The translations under genes and the position numbers were made by a program. A stretch of DNA of 64,000 nt from Eledone cirrhosa (lineage: Eukaryota), in NCBI GenBank assembly GCA_964016885.1, contig OZ024741.1, forward strand, positions 233,430,001 to 233,494,000, read 5' to 3'. Every line of letters begins with the position of its first letter. Position 1 is the first letter of the stretch. Below the pieces are notes generated by a model that was not told where the DNA came from, searched no databases, and saw only the letters and a list, made by a program, of their open reading frames with translations. Positions 1 through 13,091 of this stretch are shown piece by piece.

Positions 1-494
1 TGGTAAACACACATCTGAGCTGAGGGTGCTACTGTACTCCATCTCCAAATGTAGGAGTCAATGTCTTATCAGGCAGTGAAGTAACTCTGAAGCTGTTTTG
101 GCCCCTTCCACTGTGATACCAGTGCTACTTGAGGCTACCTAACAATGTGACAAAGCTCCTGCACTACAGTATACCTCAACACATTAGAACAGCATGGAAT
201 TCATTGAATCTGTTGGTGTATCTCCAAGCGAGACATCACCAGATATAGTGAGTTGCTTTCTGACCAGCTTACAATAATTTCTTTGAAACTTATTTCCTTT
301 CTTTTGCAACCAGCCCAAGGCATTGAGTTCACCCTCCTTCCAACAAATCTGACACCTATCGCTACATCATATATACTCATGTATAAATTACAACTTCATC
401 TTATATATGATATTTTTGGTTCAATATTTGAAATGCATGCTGGTTTTTCTTTGTTTGGGGGCGTTTTTGTTTTTTCTTTGTTTGGGGGGGGCGG

Positions 495-525
<31 letters not shown>

Positions 526-875
526 TTTGATTGATATACAAATATATAAGATATATGTAAGTATTTGTGTGCGTTTACTGGAGAGCATTATGAGAATGGT
601 TCAGGGAGTGGTTGGAGAAATGGAGATAGTTAAAGTTGATATAACCCTTTGATGTTTGCAACAAAAAACTCAGCCAGTTTCAAGAAAGGGTTTAAAGAGA
701 CGTAACCTTTATTTACAAAGGGGACAGGTGTGGGACATTTGAAGTGAGTCATAAAACATTGATACTTTATATTGTTCTATTTTTGAATGATGTTTATGTG
801 TCTATGTGAATGGTGCTTATATGTATATGTGTGTGTGTTTATGTATGAATATATGTGCTTGTGTCTGTATGTATA

Positions 876-1851
876 CGAGGTGCATTCAAAAAGTATCCAC
901 CCTTTGGGCATAAAAAAAACAATTTTGTACATTTCACAAATTTTATTTAATCACCTTCAACATACTCCCCCTCGGAGTTCACACTTCTCCCAACTGTTCT
1001 GCCACAGCTGGTAACACCTTTGGAACTCATTCTCTGGAATGCTATGGGGCTCTGCTGTTACTTTTCTCATAATTTCCTCTCACAACTCAAATCACTTCCC
1101 TTTCAGCGTGGTTTTCAGATTAGGGAAGAGCTAGAACTCACACGGTGCCAAGTTGGGTTGTAAACATAAATCCATGTCTCATCACCAGTGATGATGATCT
1201 TCATTAAATCTGGGTCGTGATTTGCACAGTCCAGCATGTTCTCAGCAATTTCCATGCTTCTACTGCTCTGCCAGTACCTTGGAGATGAATTTCGCCGACA
1301 CTCTCTGCATAAACAAACCCTCCATTGAAATGGAATACATCGATCCTGACCTTATTCCGACTTTGTGAGAAATTTCCAGGATTGTTGCACAACAGTTTTC
1401 TATGATTATCCATCAAACCTTCTCAATCAGCTCCTCATTCCTGCTTGTGGATGACCTGCCTTAGCATGCCTCGCTCTCCACTGAGGTGAAACAATGTTTG
1501 AAGCACTTATACCACTCCTTGATCTGGATTTCGCCCATGGTATCATCGCCAAAGGCCTGCTTAATCTTCTGGATGGTTTGAGCTTGAGTATCACCAAGTT
1601 TTTGGCAAAACTTCATGCAATATCTCTGCACGATGCGTTTGGTTGTTTTGCATGAAAACGAAAATCTGACAAGTGCCCACTATACATCTATACTTTAGCT
1701 ATAACAGCCAGGAACTGACATGGCCTACCGACGCGAAAATGTTCGTGCATGGGCAGAAGAGTAGCATCATCCACCCAAAGGATTTTACCCACACTGCATT
1801 AGTTTTGCCAAGGGAGGAAACTAAAGGCAGATACTTTTTGAATACACCTCG
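876..1851 (-). mobile_element. Mariner (Tc1/mariner) DNA transposon remnant with both TIRs, internally deleted
   Basis: 22-bp TIRs cgaggtgcattcaaaaagtatc (876-897) and gatactttttgaatacacctcg (1830-1851) with 1 mismatch, and TA on the left. The minus strand translates IITGDETWIYVYNP (~1155-1196) and a C-terminal CYQLWQNSWEKC..GEYVEGD*. Confidence 0.9.
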
Positions 1852-1902
1852 TTTATGTGTGTTTTTGTGTATGTCTGTATGTATAAGATATATATATGTG
1901 TG

Positions 1903-4175
1903 TCATCATCATCATCATCATCATCATCGTTTAACATCTATCTTCCACGCTAGCATGGGTTTAGACGGGAGTTGTCTCACTTGAGGCAAGATTGGTTGTC
2001 TCACTCGTATAGGACTGTCTGGCAGGTTTTCTACGGCTGGATGCCCTTCCTAACACCAACCACATTTACAGTGTAGACTGGGAGGTTTTTACCGTGTTAC
2101 CTACACGGCCACATTACAGCGTGGACTGTGTGTTTTTTTGTCGTGACACCTAGACGCCCTCATTTATTTAGGACTGGATGTTGTGGTACCAACATAACTT
2201 TACAGAGAAAGGGGTGGGATGGGGGTGTATATTTGGTTAAGAGGTTCCTACTGACTGTAGGTTTCGCTTTGTACATAGGCAAAGCGGGTCTTCTCTATTA
2301 CTGTCTAGTGACATTGTCTTAGAGAGGTGCAAGTGTGTAAGGTCGGAATTTATCAAATCGTCCCAGGTTTTTCTGGGTCTGCCTACACCGTAACTTCCAT
2401 CAATTTTGATCGCCCTGCACTTTTTTATACAGCTGTCGTCTTTCATGCGCATCACATGACCATACCATGTAGTCTTCTCTCAAGTAAACAGCATCTGATG
2501 CCTCTTATTCTTAATTTCTCACTTAGTTTATTTATGCTTTGCTGTTCACATATATTACTATTACACATCCAGCGGAGCATGCAAGCTTCGTTCCTCTCCA
2601 GTCTGTGCAGATCCTCTGCACACAATGCCATGTCTCACTGCCATGTAACATTGCTGTTCGTATGCAGTCAACAAAAGCTAAGTATAGGGGTTTACTTTTA
2701 GCTAAGTACTTCTCTTGTAGTTGTCGTACAAGGAAAAGAGTCTGTGGTACTTTTACCTGACACAAACTCAAACTGCATTTCATCTAGATCAATTCGCTCT
2801 CTGATTAGTTGCGCTATAACTCTTTCTGTGAACTTCATGACCTGGTCAATTAATTTAATGCCCCTGGTCAATTAATTTAATGCCCCTTGTAGCAGTTAAT
2901 GATGATGCTGCTATGCCAGTCATTTGGTATGACTTGGTTTACTATCCGGGTGACCATAGTATGTCCCACCGATCCAGATGCTTTCAGCATTTCAGCAACT
3001 ATCTCCGAATGCCCAGCTGCTTTGCCTGTCTTCATATCTTTGATTGCCTTACTTATCATATTACCTTCAACTTGCACTGCTGGTCCCTCTATTGGATCGA
3101 TTTGGGGCAGACTATCTTTTTCCCATTTATTCTCCTCATTTAGTAGCCTTTCGTAGTGACACTTCTTATCAGTATCAGTGAGCGCAAGTACACCATTATC
3201 ATTACAGACACACTTCTCCCTGACAATATCACGGTTTTCCTTGACACATTGTCTAGCAATCCTGAACACCTCACATTTTTGGTCCTCGCGTTGTAGAACA
3301 TACTTGAACTTTCTTTCCTCTGCTTCCCTTCTTGCAAAGTACACTTGTCTCCTAGCTTCCCTCCAGGCCACTTGATAGTGTTCTCTACTTTCCCCATCCC
3401 ACCATACTTTCCAAACCTGCTTTTTGGCCTTGATTGACTCCTCCACCTTACTGTTCCACCACCAAGTTACTCTCCTCCTGCCAATCGATCTGCTCCAGCC
3501 ACAGATTTTATCTGTCGCCTTCAACAGGTTAACTTTCAGGAATTCCCACTGTTCCTCTATATTGTATGACTCTAATTGCTCTTCCTTACTGTCAAAAGCA
3601 TCAAGTAGTATGCTTTTAAATTTGTTACTGGCTGTGGGGTCCTTTAACTTCCATATTCTTCTTCTCAGGGTGGTCCTCCTCTGTTGTCGAGTACGTCTCG
3701 TCCTGACTATGAGGCTATGTTGGGAGGTGCATTCTTCACGGGGGGAGGGATTTAGTGTTTACAACAGACGCTCTGTCACGTCTTCTGGTAAGGATATAAT
3801 CTATCTGACTGGCATGTTCCCTTGATCTATAGGTGATCAAGTGATTGTCTCATTTCTTTAAGTTTGTGTTACAGATAGTTAGGTTATTAGCGTCACAGAA
3901 TTCCAGGATTCTGAAGCCTTCCTCATAGGCTCCATGGATTCCATCATAGCCATCACAATGTTGTCCAACATGACCATTTAGGTCGCCAGCAATAATTATG
4001 TAGTCACTGTCAGTTATTTGGGAGGTAGTGAGCATTAGCGACTCATGGAATCTGTCTTTTATAACGCCAGACAGTCCAGATTGGGGTGCATAAGCGGATA
4101 TTATTGTCACAGTAGTCTATTTAGGACAAGTCTTATTTTAATTATTCTGTCGTTCATTCTATTTATGTCAATTAA
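1903..4175 (-). mobile_element. Decayed RTE LINE copy (APE to 3' tail) with internal deletions
   Basis: ORF pieces SAYAPQ/GDLNGHVG (3850-4110), TWWWN (2877-3524) and RGRPRKTW-like (2237-2455) are collinear with the intact copy at 17564-20683. The RT core is deleted near 2665. A 3' UTR and (CAT)n tail lie at 1903-2230. Confidence 0.93.
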
Positions 4176-4789
4176 CTTATCTACCCATTGTGCGTGTGAT
4201 TATGGTTATGTAAGCAACTATTAGTTACACAGTACAGCATCTGTTTATACCTGACATAAATCAGTTGGCTCTTGGTGTGGGTGGGTATGTTTGCATGGAA
4301 AATGATACCATTGAAACTAATGACACATATACACATGTATAGATACATACACACACATACAACCATATATCTAATGGAACACAGACACTCTTTATAATTT
4401 CAAATCATTTTGAAAATAAAACAGGTGAAACTCCCGAGTAACAAGTCTTACTTCATTCCTGTGTAGATACATGTACATGCTCACACATACAAATATCTAT
4501 ATGTATATGTACTCACTCAAAGAAATGTGTATAAATGTGTGTCTCTGTGCCTTTCTATCCCCCAGGAAGGGGTTGGAGCTAGACTTACAATACCAGTCAC
4601 ATACTGAGGTTGATTTAATTGACTGCCCCCCCCCCCCAAGTGTGTCCTTGTGTCTGTGTTAAATTAAAGTTTCTTATGATGGGGTACTTCATTTGAAAGA
4701 TGTGTGTACACCACTGACATCACCATCACCACAACTACTAACATCACTACCACTAATACCACTAACACCTCACTACCATCACAACTTCT

Positions 4790-5000
4790 AGTAAAGGAAC
4801 ATCAGGGCAATCACTCAACCTGCTAGAAAAAAGCAACTCAACCTCCTTCAAGTCACACCCTACCATCTTAGAAAGGGACACATAGGAATGATTTGGTTCT
4901 AGGTTCCTTGCACAAAAGGAGAAAGTCCTGATGGTCATGGTTGGAATGCCATTAATCTTAGATCTGCTCAATGATGGTTGGTCTTGGGCTAAACAGCAAC
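4790..5000. repeat. Unclassified interspersed repeat family
   Basis: The motif ctagaaa(a/t)agca..caaatctc.ctcaaatcacaccctaccatct recurs near 10315, 11025, 47540, 47885, 48035 and 57005. Confidence 0.55.
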
Positions 5001-5264
5001 CACCTCACATCTTCAGTGAAGTCAGGTTTGTTTGTTGGAATCAAACATATCCAGACTAAATCTTTAGCTATCTGATATCATCCCTCCCCTCCTCCACCAC
5101 TTTTCCACCATCACTTCTATGTGGAGAAATGTTGTCATGGAAACTGAAACTATATATATATATATATATATATATGAGGCTTTTTTGTGTTTTAAATGTT
5201 GTTGTTATCAACAGCTCAGCTTAAATATGTGGAATGTTTAGTGGGAAAGTAGTAGGGAAGGTTC

Positions 5265-5605
5265 TGTGGGCATGGACATATTTCACCATCATCACCATTA
5301 TCATCATCACCATCGTCACCATTACCATCATCATCATTGTTATCATTACCATCACTGTCATCATTACCAACATAACAACAGCATCAGTGCTGACAATGGT
5401 ATGAATGGTGATGATAATTATGATGGTGACAGTGATGACAATGATGATGATGGTGTGGTATTAGTGGTGACAATGATGCTGCTGGTGGTTTTAGGTGGTG
5501 ATGATGGTGATGATAGTGATAGTGATGATGGTGACTGTTATGATGATGATGGTGGTGATGGTGATGGTGATGGTGATGGTGATGGTAGAGCTGATGATGA
5601 ATGTA
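5265..5605. repeat. (CAT/CAC)n and (GAT/GGT)n degenerate trinucleotide repeats
   Basis: Visible low-complexity tracts that produce spurious poly-His and poly-Asp ORFs. Confidence 0.9.
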
Positions 5606-6486
5606 TGTAGTGACTGCTTCAGCCTCTGTATTACACACAGCACCAGGTCTCTTGGTGTCTCATGACATTCTTCAAATTCCTCACTTTTACTCAAATTCTG
5701 TCTATCAGACTTTTATTGTCATCATCTTAGAAAGAGTGTGGTGCAGTGACCATCCAGCTTAACTTGAAAATAAAATAAAATGGACTATTCCAAGGAAAGA
5801 AAGATTCCAGCAACAACGCCCCCACCCCCCACCCCTAACCTCTAAATAGGAATGGATGGAACGGATCTCCTTTGGTTTCAATGATGTGTTTTCCAGTTGT
5901 TCGATCAACAAAACACTCTACTCATGAAATTAACATTTAAGTGGCTCAGCATTCCACAGACACATGTACTCTTAACATAATTCTCAGGGAGATTCAGCAG
6001 GACACAATATGTGACAAGGTACAGTTTATCTAGATTCCCTCACAAGGCATGAGTCCACCTAAGCCTATAGCATATAACACATACCCAAGATGCCATGGAG
6101 TAGGTTCAAAACTAGGACCTAAAATCCTGGCCAACTAAATAGCAATATGGGTCTTTAACAGTGACGCAAGGCCAAACGTTTTGGGGGAATTGTTAGTTGA
6201 TTCATCATTTTGAATCTGTTTTCATTGTCTTTATTATAATCAGAATCCATCTCTCCACATTGTCCTAACAATCTGTCATCACTTCATCTTCATCAGCAGG
6301 GCTTATGAGAGGGGGGTCCAGCCAGTACTTTTTTCCAGGTCCCAAGAGCTAAGAAGACCCCACAGCAACCATGCAACATCCATTTTGAGAAAAATCTTTG
6401 CCTGCTTCGGGCCCCAAAGGGGTTTTGTACCACCTTGCAAAATGGAGGTTGTAACCAAAGCTAATGTAAAACCGTTAATTAAGACA

Positions 6487-6668
6487 GTTTGGCAGTATTG
6501 TAGAGGGTCGGATGCCATGCTTTCTAGCATAGTTATGTCCCTTTACGACCTGAGTTCAAATCCCGCCAAGGTTGATTTTGCCTTTCATCCTTACGGGGTC
6601 GATAAAATAAAGTACCAGTAATACACTGGGTAATTGCTGGCCTTGTGCCTAAAGTAGAAACAATTAAT
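6487..6668 (+). mobile_element. tRNA-derived SINE with Deu/Nin-like central domain
   Basis: A-box-like tggcag..tgtagag and B-box gagttcaaatccc, then gcctttcatccttacggggtcgataaaataaagtaccagt and a tail ggccttgtgcctaaagtagaaacaatt. Many copies occur in the window. Confidence 0.75.
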
Positions 6669-7039
6669 TAAGACAGTTTGTGTGTGTGTGTATATATATA
6701 TATATATAACCCATGGTAGCGTGGAAGATAGACATTAAACGATGATGATGATGATGATATATATATAATATATATATAGGAACGAGTAGGACCCACTCTA
6801 CTACCCTAAGTATTGAGTATTTTGGTGCGTTATGGTCCATCTGGTTCCTTACCACATTTCTTTTGTTATAATATATATATATATGACACTAGATCAAGAT
6901 CTTTGACGCCATGCAGTTGTACAGAAGACCCGACTGCCAATGCATACAAACCTACACTCAGTAGGCACCTCTTAACCCAATGTACACCCCACCACACACC
7001 CTACCCCCATCCTCCCTCTCCCGTTCAGCCCACTGTGTC

Positions 7040-7275
7040 TATGACAACAGTCCACACTGTAAGGTGGTCATGTAGGAGACACGGTAAAAAGACTCCCAGT
7101 CCACACTGTAAATGTGGTTGGTGTTAGGAAGGGCATCCAGCTGTAAAAAACCTGCCAAAGACACTTCCGTATGAGCGAGACATGGTCTCATGACCATTCC
7201 CACATCAAAAGGAACAAAACCGGCTAACCCATGTTAGCGTGGAAGATGGACGTTAAATGAGGAGGATGATGATGA
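7040..7275 (+). mobile_element. RTE 3' UTR fragment
   Basis: ttaggaagggcatccagctgta...aacccatgttagcgtggaagatggacgttaaa(tga)n matches the RTE 3' end. Confidence 0.8.
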
Positions 7276-7277
7276 TA

Positions 7278-7325
<48 letters not shown>

Positions 7326-9449
7326 TAATGTTGATGATATTGGTGATTAGGTTGTGAATTGTTTAAAAAGTGAACATTACATACAGGACAGCATTTTGAA
7401 ATTAGGCCAATACAATTTGATTTCTCACTTGAATATGACACCATGATATGTAATTTTTCATGGCTAGCATAGCAGCAGGGGACAGGCAGACTTTTGCAAT
7501 CGGAAGGATGTGAGTTTTATTCTCGGACCGGATGATGCATTATGTCCTTGAGCAAGACACCTTTTCACCTTTTCATCTTATATAACTTCATATAAATACA
7601 TACCTCTTTCAACTGATATATGTGTGTGCATGTGAATATATATATGTATATATATGTATTAATACATGGTATTAGCAATTCACTCGAAAAACTGCCAGTT
7701 TCATAGACATTCTTGGTAAAAGAACATATTCTCCATTATCAAAACTTGTACATGTGTCTTTTCATGTCTAATCATGTTATGAAACTAGCAGTTTTTTTTT
7801 TAATGCCATGTATTAAAATATATAAATTACCTCTATGTTTACATATCAAGGACACATTCTTATGTAATACACAATCACACTCATGGTTGACTAAACATAC
7901 ATGTGCTTTCCTTCAATAAATTCCTCGTTATCACCAACACAAGGAGATGGGGCTAGGATGGTACCAGGACTCATCCTTACCATCACCATCATGATGGGTT
8001 GTACCTTGACCAATCAGCAGCAGCTGTAGTGTCATGAGACTGATGTGATGTACCAAGACCCATCATCATCAGTGTCATAAGGAGATGGGGTTATGATGTG
8101 TTGTACCTGGGCCCAGCATCATAATCATCATCACTGTCTTAAAGAGATGCGGATATGATGTGGCTGGCTAGATTGCTAAAGTAGACAACTAATAATAATT
8201 TCTTTAATGACATTATTTATCCCATGGTGAGGGTAGAACTTGTTACACCGAGGGTGGATGCCAGGGTAGACTTTTTTTAAAAAACTTTTTATGTTATCAT
8301 TCTGGAATTATATAAAAGTGTGTCCTGGGTCTGTGTATGGCTGATGTGTGTGTGTGTGTGTGTGGTAGGTTGTGTGTGGACCTGTTTGTGTGACTAAGTG
8401 TGTGTGGTTTGTTTGTATATGTGTGTAAGTGGTTCTGAATTATTGGGTAGTTTCAGGGTGGAAGTTTTGAATGATGTGACTCATTCTGTGTAACTTGTCT
8501 CCACCCACCACACCCCCCACCACCCAACCCCTCACCACCCACACACACACACACACTTTCCTAATTTGTAATGTACTGTTTAAATGATTATGATAGTAGT
8601 GATGCTGTTAATGCTGGTGTTAGTGATGTTGAGGATGATGATGATGGTAACAATAGTGGTGAATATGATGATATTGATGATGCTGGTAGCAACGATGGTG
8701 CTGTTGATGTTAACTTGTTTTCATTAACTAATTTAAATAACTGGAGACTGACAATAACTACTGACCCACTCATCCTTTCTCTTTCCCTCTCCCTCTCTGC
8801 CCCCCCCCCCTCTCTCCTCTTAACACTATTGTGGTGGTGGTGGTATTACTGATAGAGAGCACAGTTATAATATTACTTACTATGAGAGAGAATGTGTGTC
8901 TGTGTGTGTGTGTGTGTGCGCGCGTTACTCTGTGTGTATAATTCCCTGTATATATATCTCTCCTGTCACTCTCTCTGTCTCTGTCTTGTTCCATAATCAC
9001 AGCCCCCAGTGGTTGGAACCAGAGTACAAGCACATATCTCCCTCCCCTCAAAGTCCCTCCCTCCTTACTATGATATTATAACAGTTTAAAGTGTGGAGAG
9101 GAATATGTGGTGGTTTGGTGGTGTGATTGGGAGGGGTGGCAATACATGTGGGTGGATGTTGTTGGTAGTATGGTGGTGTTGTGAAACTGGAGTGGTGGTT
9201 GTAGTGTGGTGTGTTATTTGAAGCTGAAAGGAAGGAAATAAATAAAATACACAATGACATAGAGGGAAGTCAAAATGAAGTTTGTGGCATCTAAGTGTTG
9301 TTGTTGGTGGTAGTGGTAATGTTGTTGTTGTTAGTGGTGGTGGGGGTTTTATTGTTATTGTTTGTGGTGGGGGTGGGGTAGAGATGGTGCATTAAGTAGA
9401 ATTGGAAGTTGGTTATATTATGTTTTTAAAACCTTTGTATGCAGTAGTT

Positions 9450-9485
<36 letters not shown>

Positions 9486-11531
9486 CTGAGTCAACCCCCA
9501 GCCCCACCCATATCTCATCACACACATAAACAAACACAATCAAACCTAGACACACCTACACACCCACTCAGTTTGGCAGTATATTAAATATAAAAGTCAG
9601 CTTGCTTTAAAGCCTGAAGATGATTCTGCTGGGACTGGGACATCTGACACATTTGTCTGGTCATGGGCACAAACCAGAGTCAGGTACTTTTATAGTGAGG
9701 AAAGTTGAGCATTTTCTCTCTCTGTTGCCCTCCACTAGCCACACTCCTACACACATACACACACTGACATGTGTGTGTACATACAAACTTTCTCCTCCCT
9801 ATGACAACTAAATTCTCATGTTAAAATTCTTTTGTTCAGGATTAGAATTTGGTGGGGTGCCTTCATTGTGGTCAGCTAAGGTCAGTTGGATGGAGGAGGG
9901 ATTGTTGCAGAGAGAGGAAATAACGTTTGAAATAGCAGCAGCTACACTGTAAAAGTGTGTTTGTTTGTGTGTGTGGGTATATATATATATTATATATATA
10001 TTATATATGTGTGTGTGTGTGAGAGAGGAATACATTCAGGGGACTTTTACAAGCAGTTTATACTGCAGACCATGTAAGCAAAAGGGAGTTTAGGACAAGA
10101 AGTGCTTGAGTTATTTTGCTTTATGTTGATTCCGGCATGGGAATGCACTCTTCTGAAAAACAAAAAAAAATAGCAGTTGTGGCTCCCTCTGTCTCCATAC
10201 CGCAAAATATAGCAATTGTAGATTAATTACCTAAAACTCTGGATGACTGAACATGTTAGTAGTTCACACCCATGCTGCAAAATACAAATAAGTATAGTTT
10301 ACGGCATGTGACCTACTAGAAATAGCAGCCAAAACTCCATCACATTTCATCTGGGTTGAACACATTAACTGTACACGTGGGGTTACCAAGTGGAAGCACT
10401 GGACGTTCTGTCAGCACCACACTGGGCTTTACCAGAAGAATCACTCGAGGAAGACTCTATAAGGAACCAATTAGAAGTTGCACCTGAATGAAGGAAGCAA
10501 GGGTATACCCCCAATGTTGCTAGGACTGACTGTGTTGTAGAGAATATTTTGTTTAGAAGATCAACTCATACTTTCTCTGCCACTAAAACCCTTGAAGAAA
10601 AAATGAAAATGTGACAGAGATTTTGACAGTTGGATCATTGTGCTTGAAATTATATCCAGATGTGTTCGGATCTTTGTGAGTCAGGACAACGCCTCGCCGG
10701 AAAGTGTACATTCCAACAATGTGAAAGAGAGAAAATTGTTATTAGTAGTATTATTATAAAAAGTTTTATTATTATTGTTGAGATACATTTTCATAAATAT
10801 GCACACACACACAAACACAAGTGTGCTGACAAAATTACATTCACATAAACATACATACATACATGTTACAAAAAAACTGTTTATGTAGAAAATATATTTT
10901 TATTTGTTTTAATTCATCAATTGACCAATTATTTCGTAGGAGGCTCCTTTCCACCTTACACAAATAATGTTGTCTATAGTTTCAACGCTCCAATAAGGGA
11001 ACCACCACATAGTCACTCAACCTGCTGAAAATAGTAGTCAAATGTCTCTCAAATCCCAATTCACTGTCTAAAAGATAAATATATAAAGGGGATTCTTTGG
11101 ACAATGTAGTCGTATATATATATTTATATAAATATACATACATACATATATTGCTTGAAAACGACCTGCTAGACCTTTCATCATAAGTCTCCTCATTCGG
11201 GACTGACATTGGGTTAGACAACAACAATACAGGTGTACAGAAATCTCATTTACCAAATTAACAATGACTACCAGAAAGGTATTTTTTATGGTTCATTAAA
11301 TATTGGTTTATGTTTTGTAATTTCTCTGTTAATCAAATTCCTGATTCCAGTCTTGTTGTCATTGTTATTATTGCTCATCTCCTTCATAAATATTGTGTAT
11401 GTCCATGTTGTTGTCAGTGATATAGCGCTCTCTTTCTTCAATTCTTGTCTATGTCTAAGCATGTGTGTATATATATATGTGTGTGGTAACTAGCCAAAAC
11501 TGTGGAGCTCACAGTAGATCCTCTACTTCCA

Positions 11532-11608
<77 letters not shown>

Positions 11609-11765
11609 GCACACACAGATATACATATAAGTAGAAGGGGTATTTAATTTGTTGGAAGTCTGACAAATATAAATGTTTATAACTGATTTAGAGCACTCAA
11701 CAGTTTACTGGAGTAAATATTCAATGATATTAAATAAATGGAAACTTTATTTATAAAACAATATT

Positions 11766-11829
11766 TATTTTATTATATATATTTCAAGGGTATCAAGACA
11801 ACATTGGTACACTTTCATCAGATAAAATA
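11766..11829 (-). ncRNA. Minimal type-I hammerhead ribozyme motif (mirror copy)
   Basis: The minus strand reads tattttat CTGATGA aagtgtaccaatgttgtcttgataccctt GAAA tatatata ataaaata. Confidence 0.78.
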
Positions 11830-11963
11830 CAAAGTTTGTTTTATAAATAGAGACATACCCATGAAAATCATACCTTATCGGTTGGAAATTCACTGGACAG
11901 TGAATTTCCAACCGATAAGGTATGATTTTCATGGGTATGTCTCTATTTATAAAACAAAGTTTG

Positions 11964-12027
11964 TATTTTATCTGATGAAAACGTACCAATGTTGTCTTGG
12001 TACCCTTGAAATATATATAATAAAATA
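11964..12027 (+). ncRNA. Minimal type-I hammerhead ribozyme motif
   Basis: Stem I tattttat/ataaaata, CTGATGA (11972-11978), stem II gtaccaa/ttggtac, GAAA (12008-12011), short palindromic stem III tatata and an AUA cleavage triplet. Confidence 0.8.
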
Positions 12028-12294
12028 AATATAGTTTTATAAATATAGTTTCCATTTATTTAATATCATTGAATATATATACATCATCATCATCGTTTAA
12101 CATCCATCTTCCACGCTAGCATGCAAGATTGGTCAGGTTACCATGTCTAACTCGTATAGAACTGTATCTGGCAGGTTTTCTATGGCTGGATGCCCTTCCT
12201 AACACCAACCACATTTACAGTGTGGACTAGGACTCTTTTTACTGTGTTTCCTACATGATCACTTTATAGCGTGGACTGGTGTGTGTATGTATAT

Positions 12295-12374
<80 letters not shown>

Positions 12375-12425
12375 ATTAAGTCAAATATGTAAAATTTGGC
12401 TTCGTTTATTATAAATTATAGATAT

Positions 12426-12480
12426 ACTGCTATATATACTTCGGTGGCAGCCATCATTGGCTGTGACCTCTTCAGGCAGT
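12426..12480 (-). ncRNA. Type-I hammerhead-like motif (GAAG variant)
   Basis: The minus strand reads actgc CTGAAGA ggtcacagcca atga tggctgccacc GAAG tatata TA gcagt. Stems I and II pair. Confidence 0.7.
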
Positions 12481-12710
12481 CCAATTTGGTGTGGAAAAGA
12501 CAGGTACATATGTTGTTGAAGTGTGTTTTACTCCGTCAATACATCAATATGTCCAGCTCCTGGTTGTGTTGTTATTTCTCTGAGGAACTGGAATCATATA
12601 TATATATATATATGTATGTGTATATATATATATATGTATTTATATATGTATGTGTATATATATATGTATTTATATATATATATGTATATATATATATATG
12701 TATATATATA

Positions 12711-13085
12711 TCATCATCATCATTTTACATCTGCTTTTCCCTGCTTGCAAGGGTGGGACGTTGTCCTGTTGTGGGCAGTGTCCCGTCGGCTGACCTTCTC
12801 TTGCTCATACGGGAACTGATTCTGGCTTGATTTCTACAGCTGGGTGCTTTTTTTTTTCCGTGGCGCCTACACGTCCACTTTACAGTGTGGGCTGGGTGCT
12901 TTTTTGCCATGGCACCTCCACGACCACTTTGCAGTGGAATGATAGGGACCCCAGTCCCTATCATCTCATTTCTACAGCTGACTAAACTGGAGCAATGTGA
13001 AATAAAGTGTCTTGCTCAAGGAAACAACACATCACCCGGTCCGAGAATTGAACTCCTTTCAATTGAAAGCCCAATGCCTTCACAT
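12711..13085 (-). mobile_element. tRNA-derived CORE SINE with RTE-derived 3' tail
   Basis: B-box gagttcaattc and CORE-like ccttgagcaagacactttatttcacattgctccagt. The 3' part matches the RTE 3' UTR at 17264-17520. Confidence 0.85.
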
Positions 13086-13091
13086 ATATAT

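Larger units (their letters stand above)
11717..12076. mobile_element. Fold-back element (179-bp arms, 2-nt loop) built from a Penelope-like 3' terminus
   Basis: Near-perfect palindrome centred at 11896/11897. Each arm carries a hammerhead motif followed by AATAAA and is homologous to 15765-15920. Confidence 0.85.

Noticed and set aside
1-400. Possible decayed coding or transposon sequence at the window start
   Set aside because: No recognisable motif in the frames examined, and it is truncated by the window edge.
9590-9690. Possible upstream exon of the + strand gene (cag|gtact donor)
   Set aside because: No protein similarity or clear acceptor. It needs transcript data.
11738-12055. Pair of similar 96-aa ORFs on opposite strands
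   Set aside because: A direct consequence of the palindrome, with no recognisable protein features.
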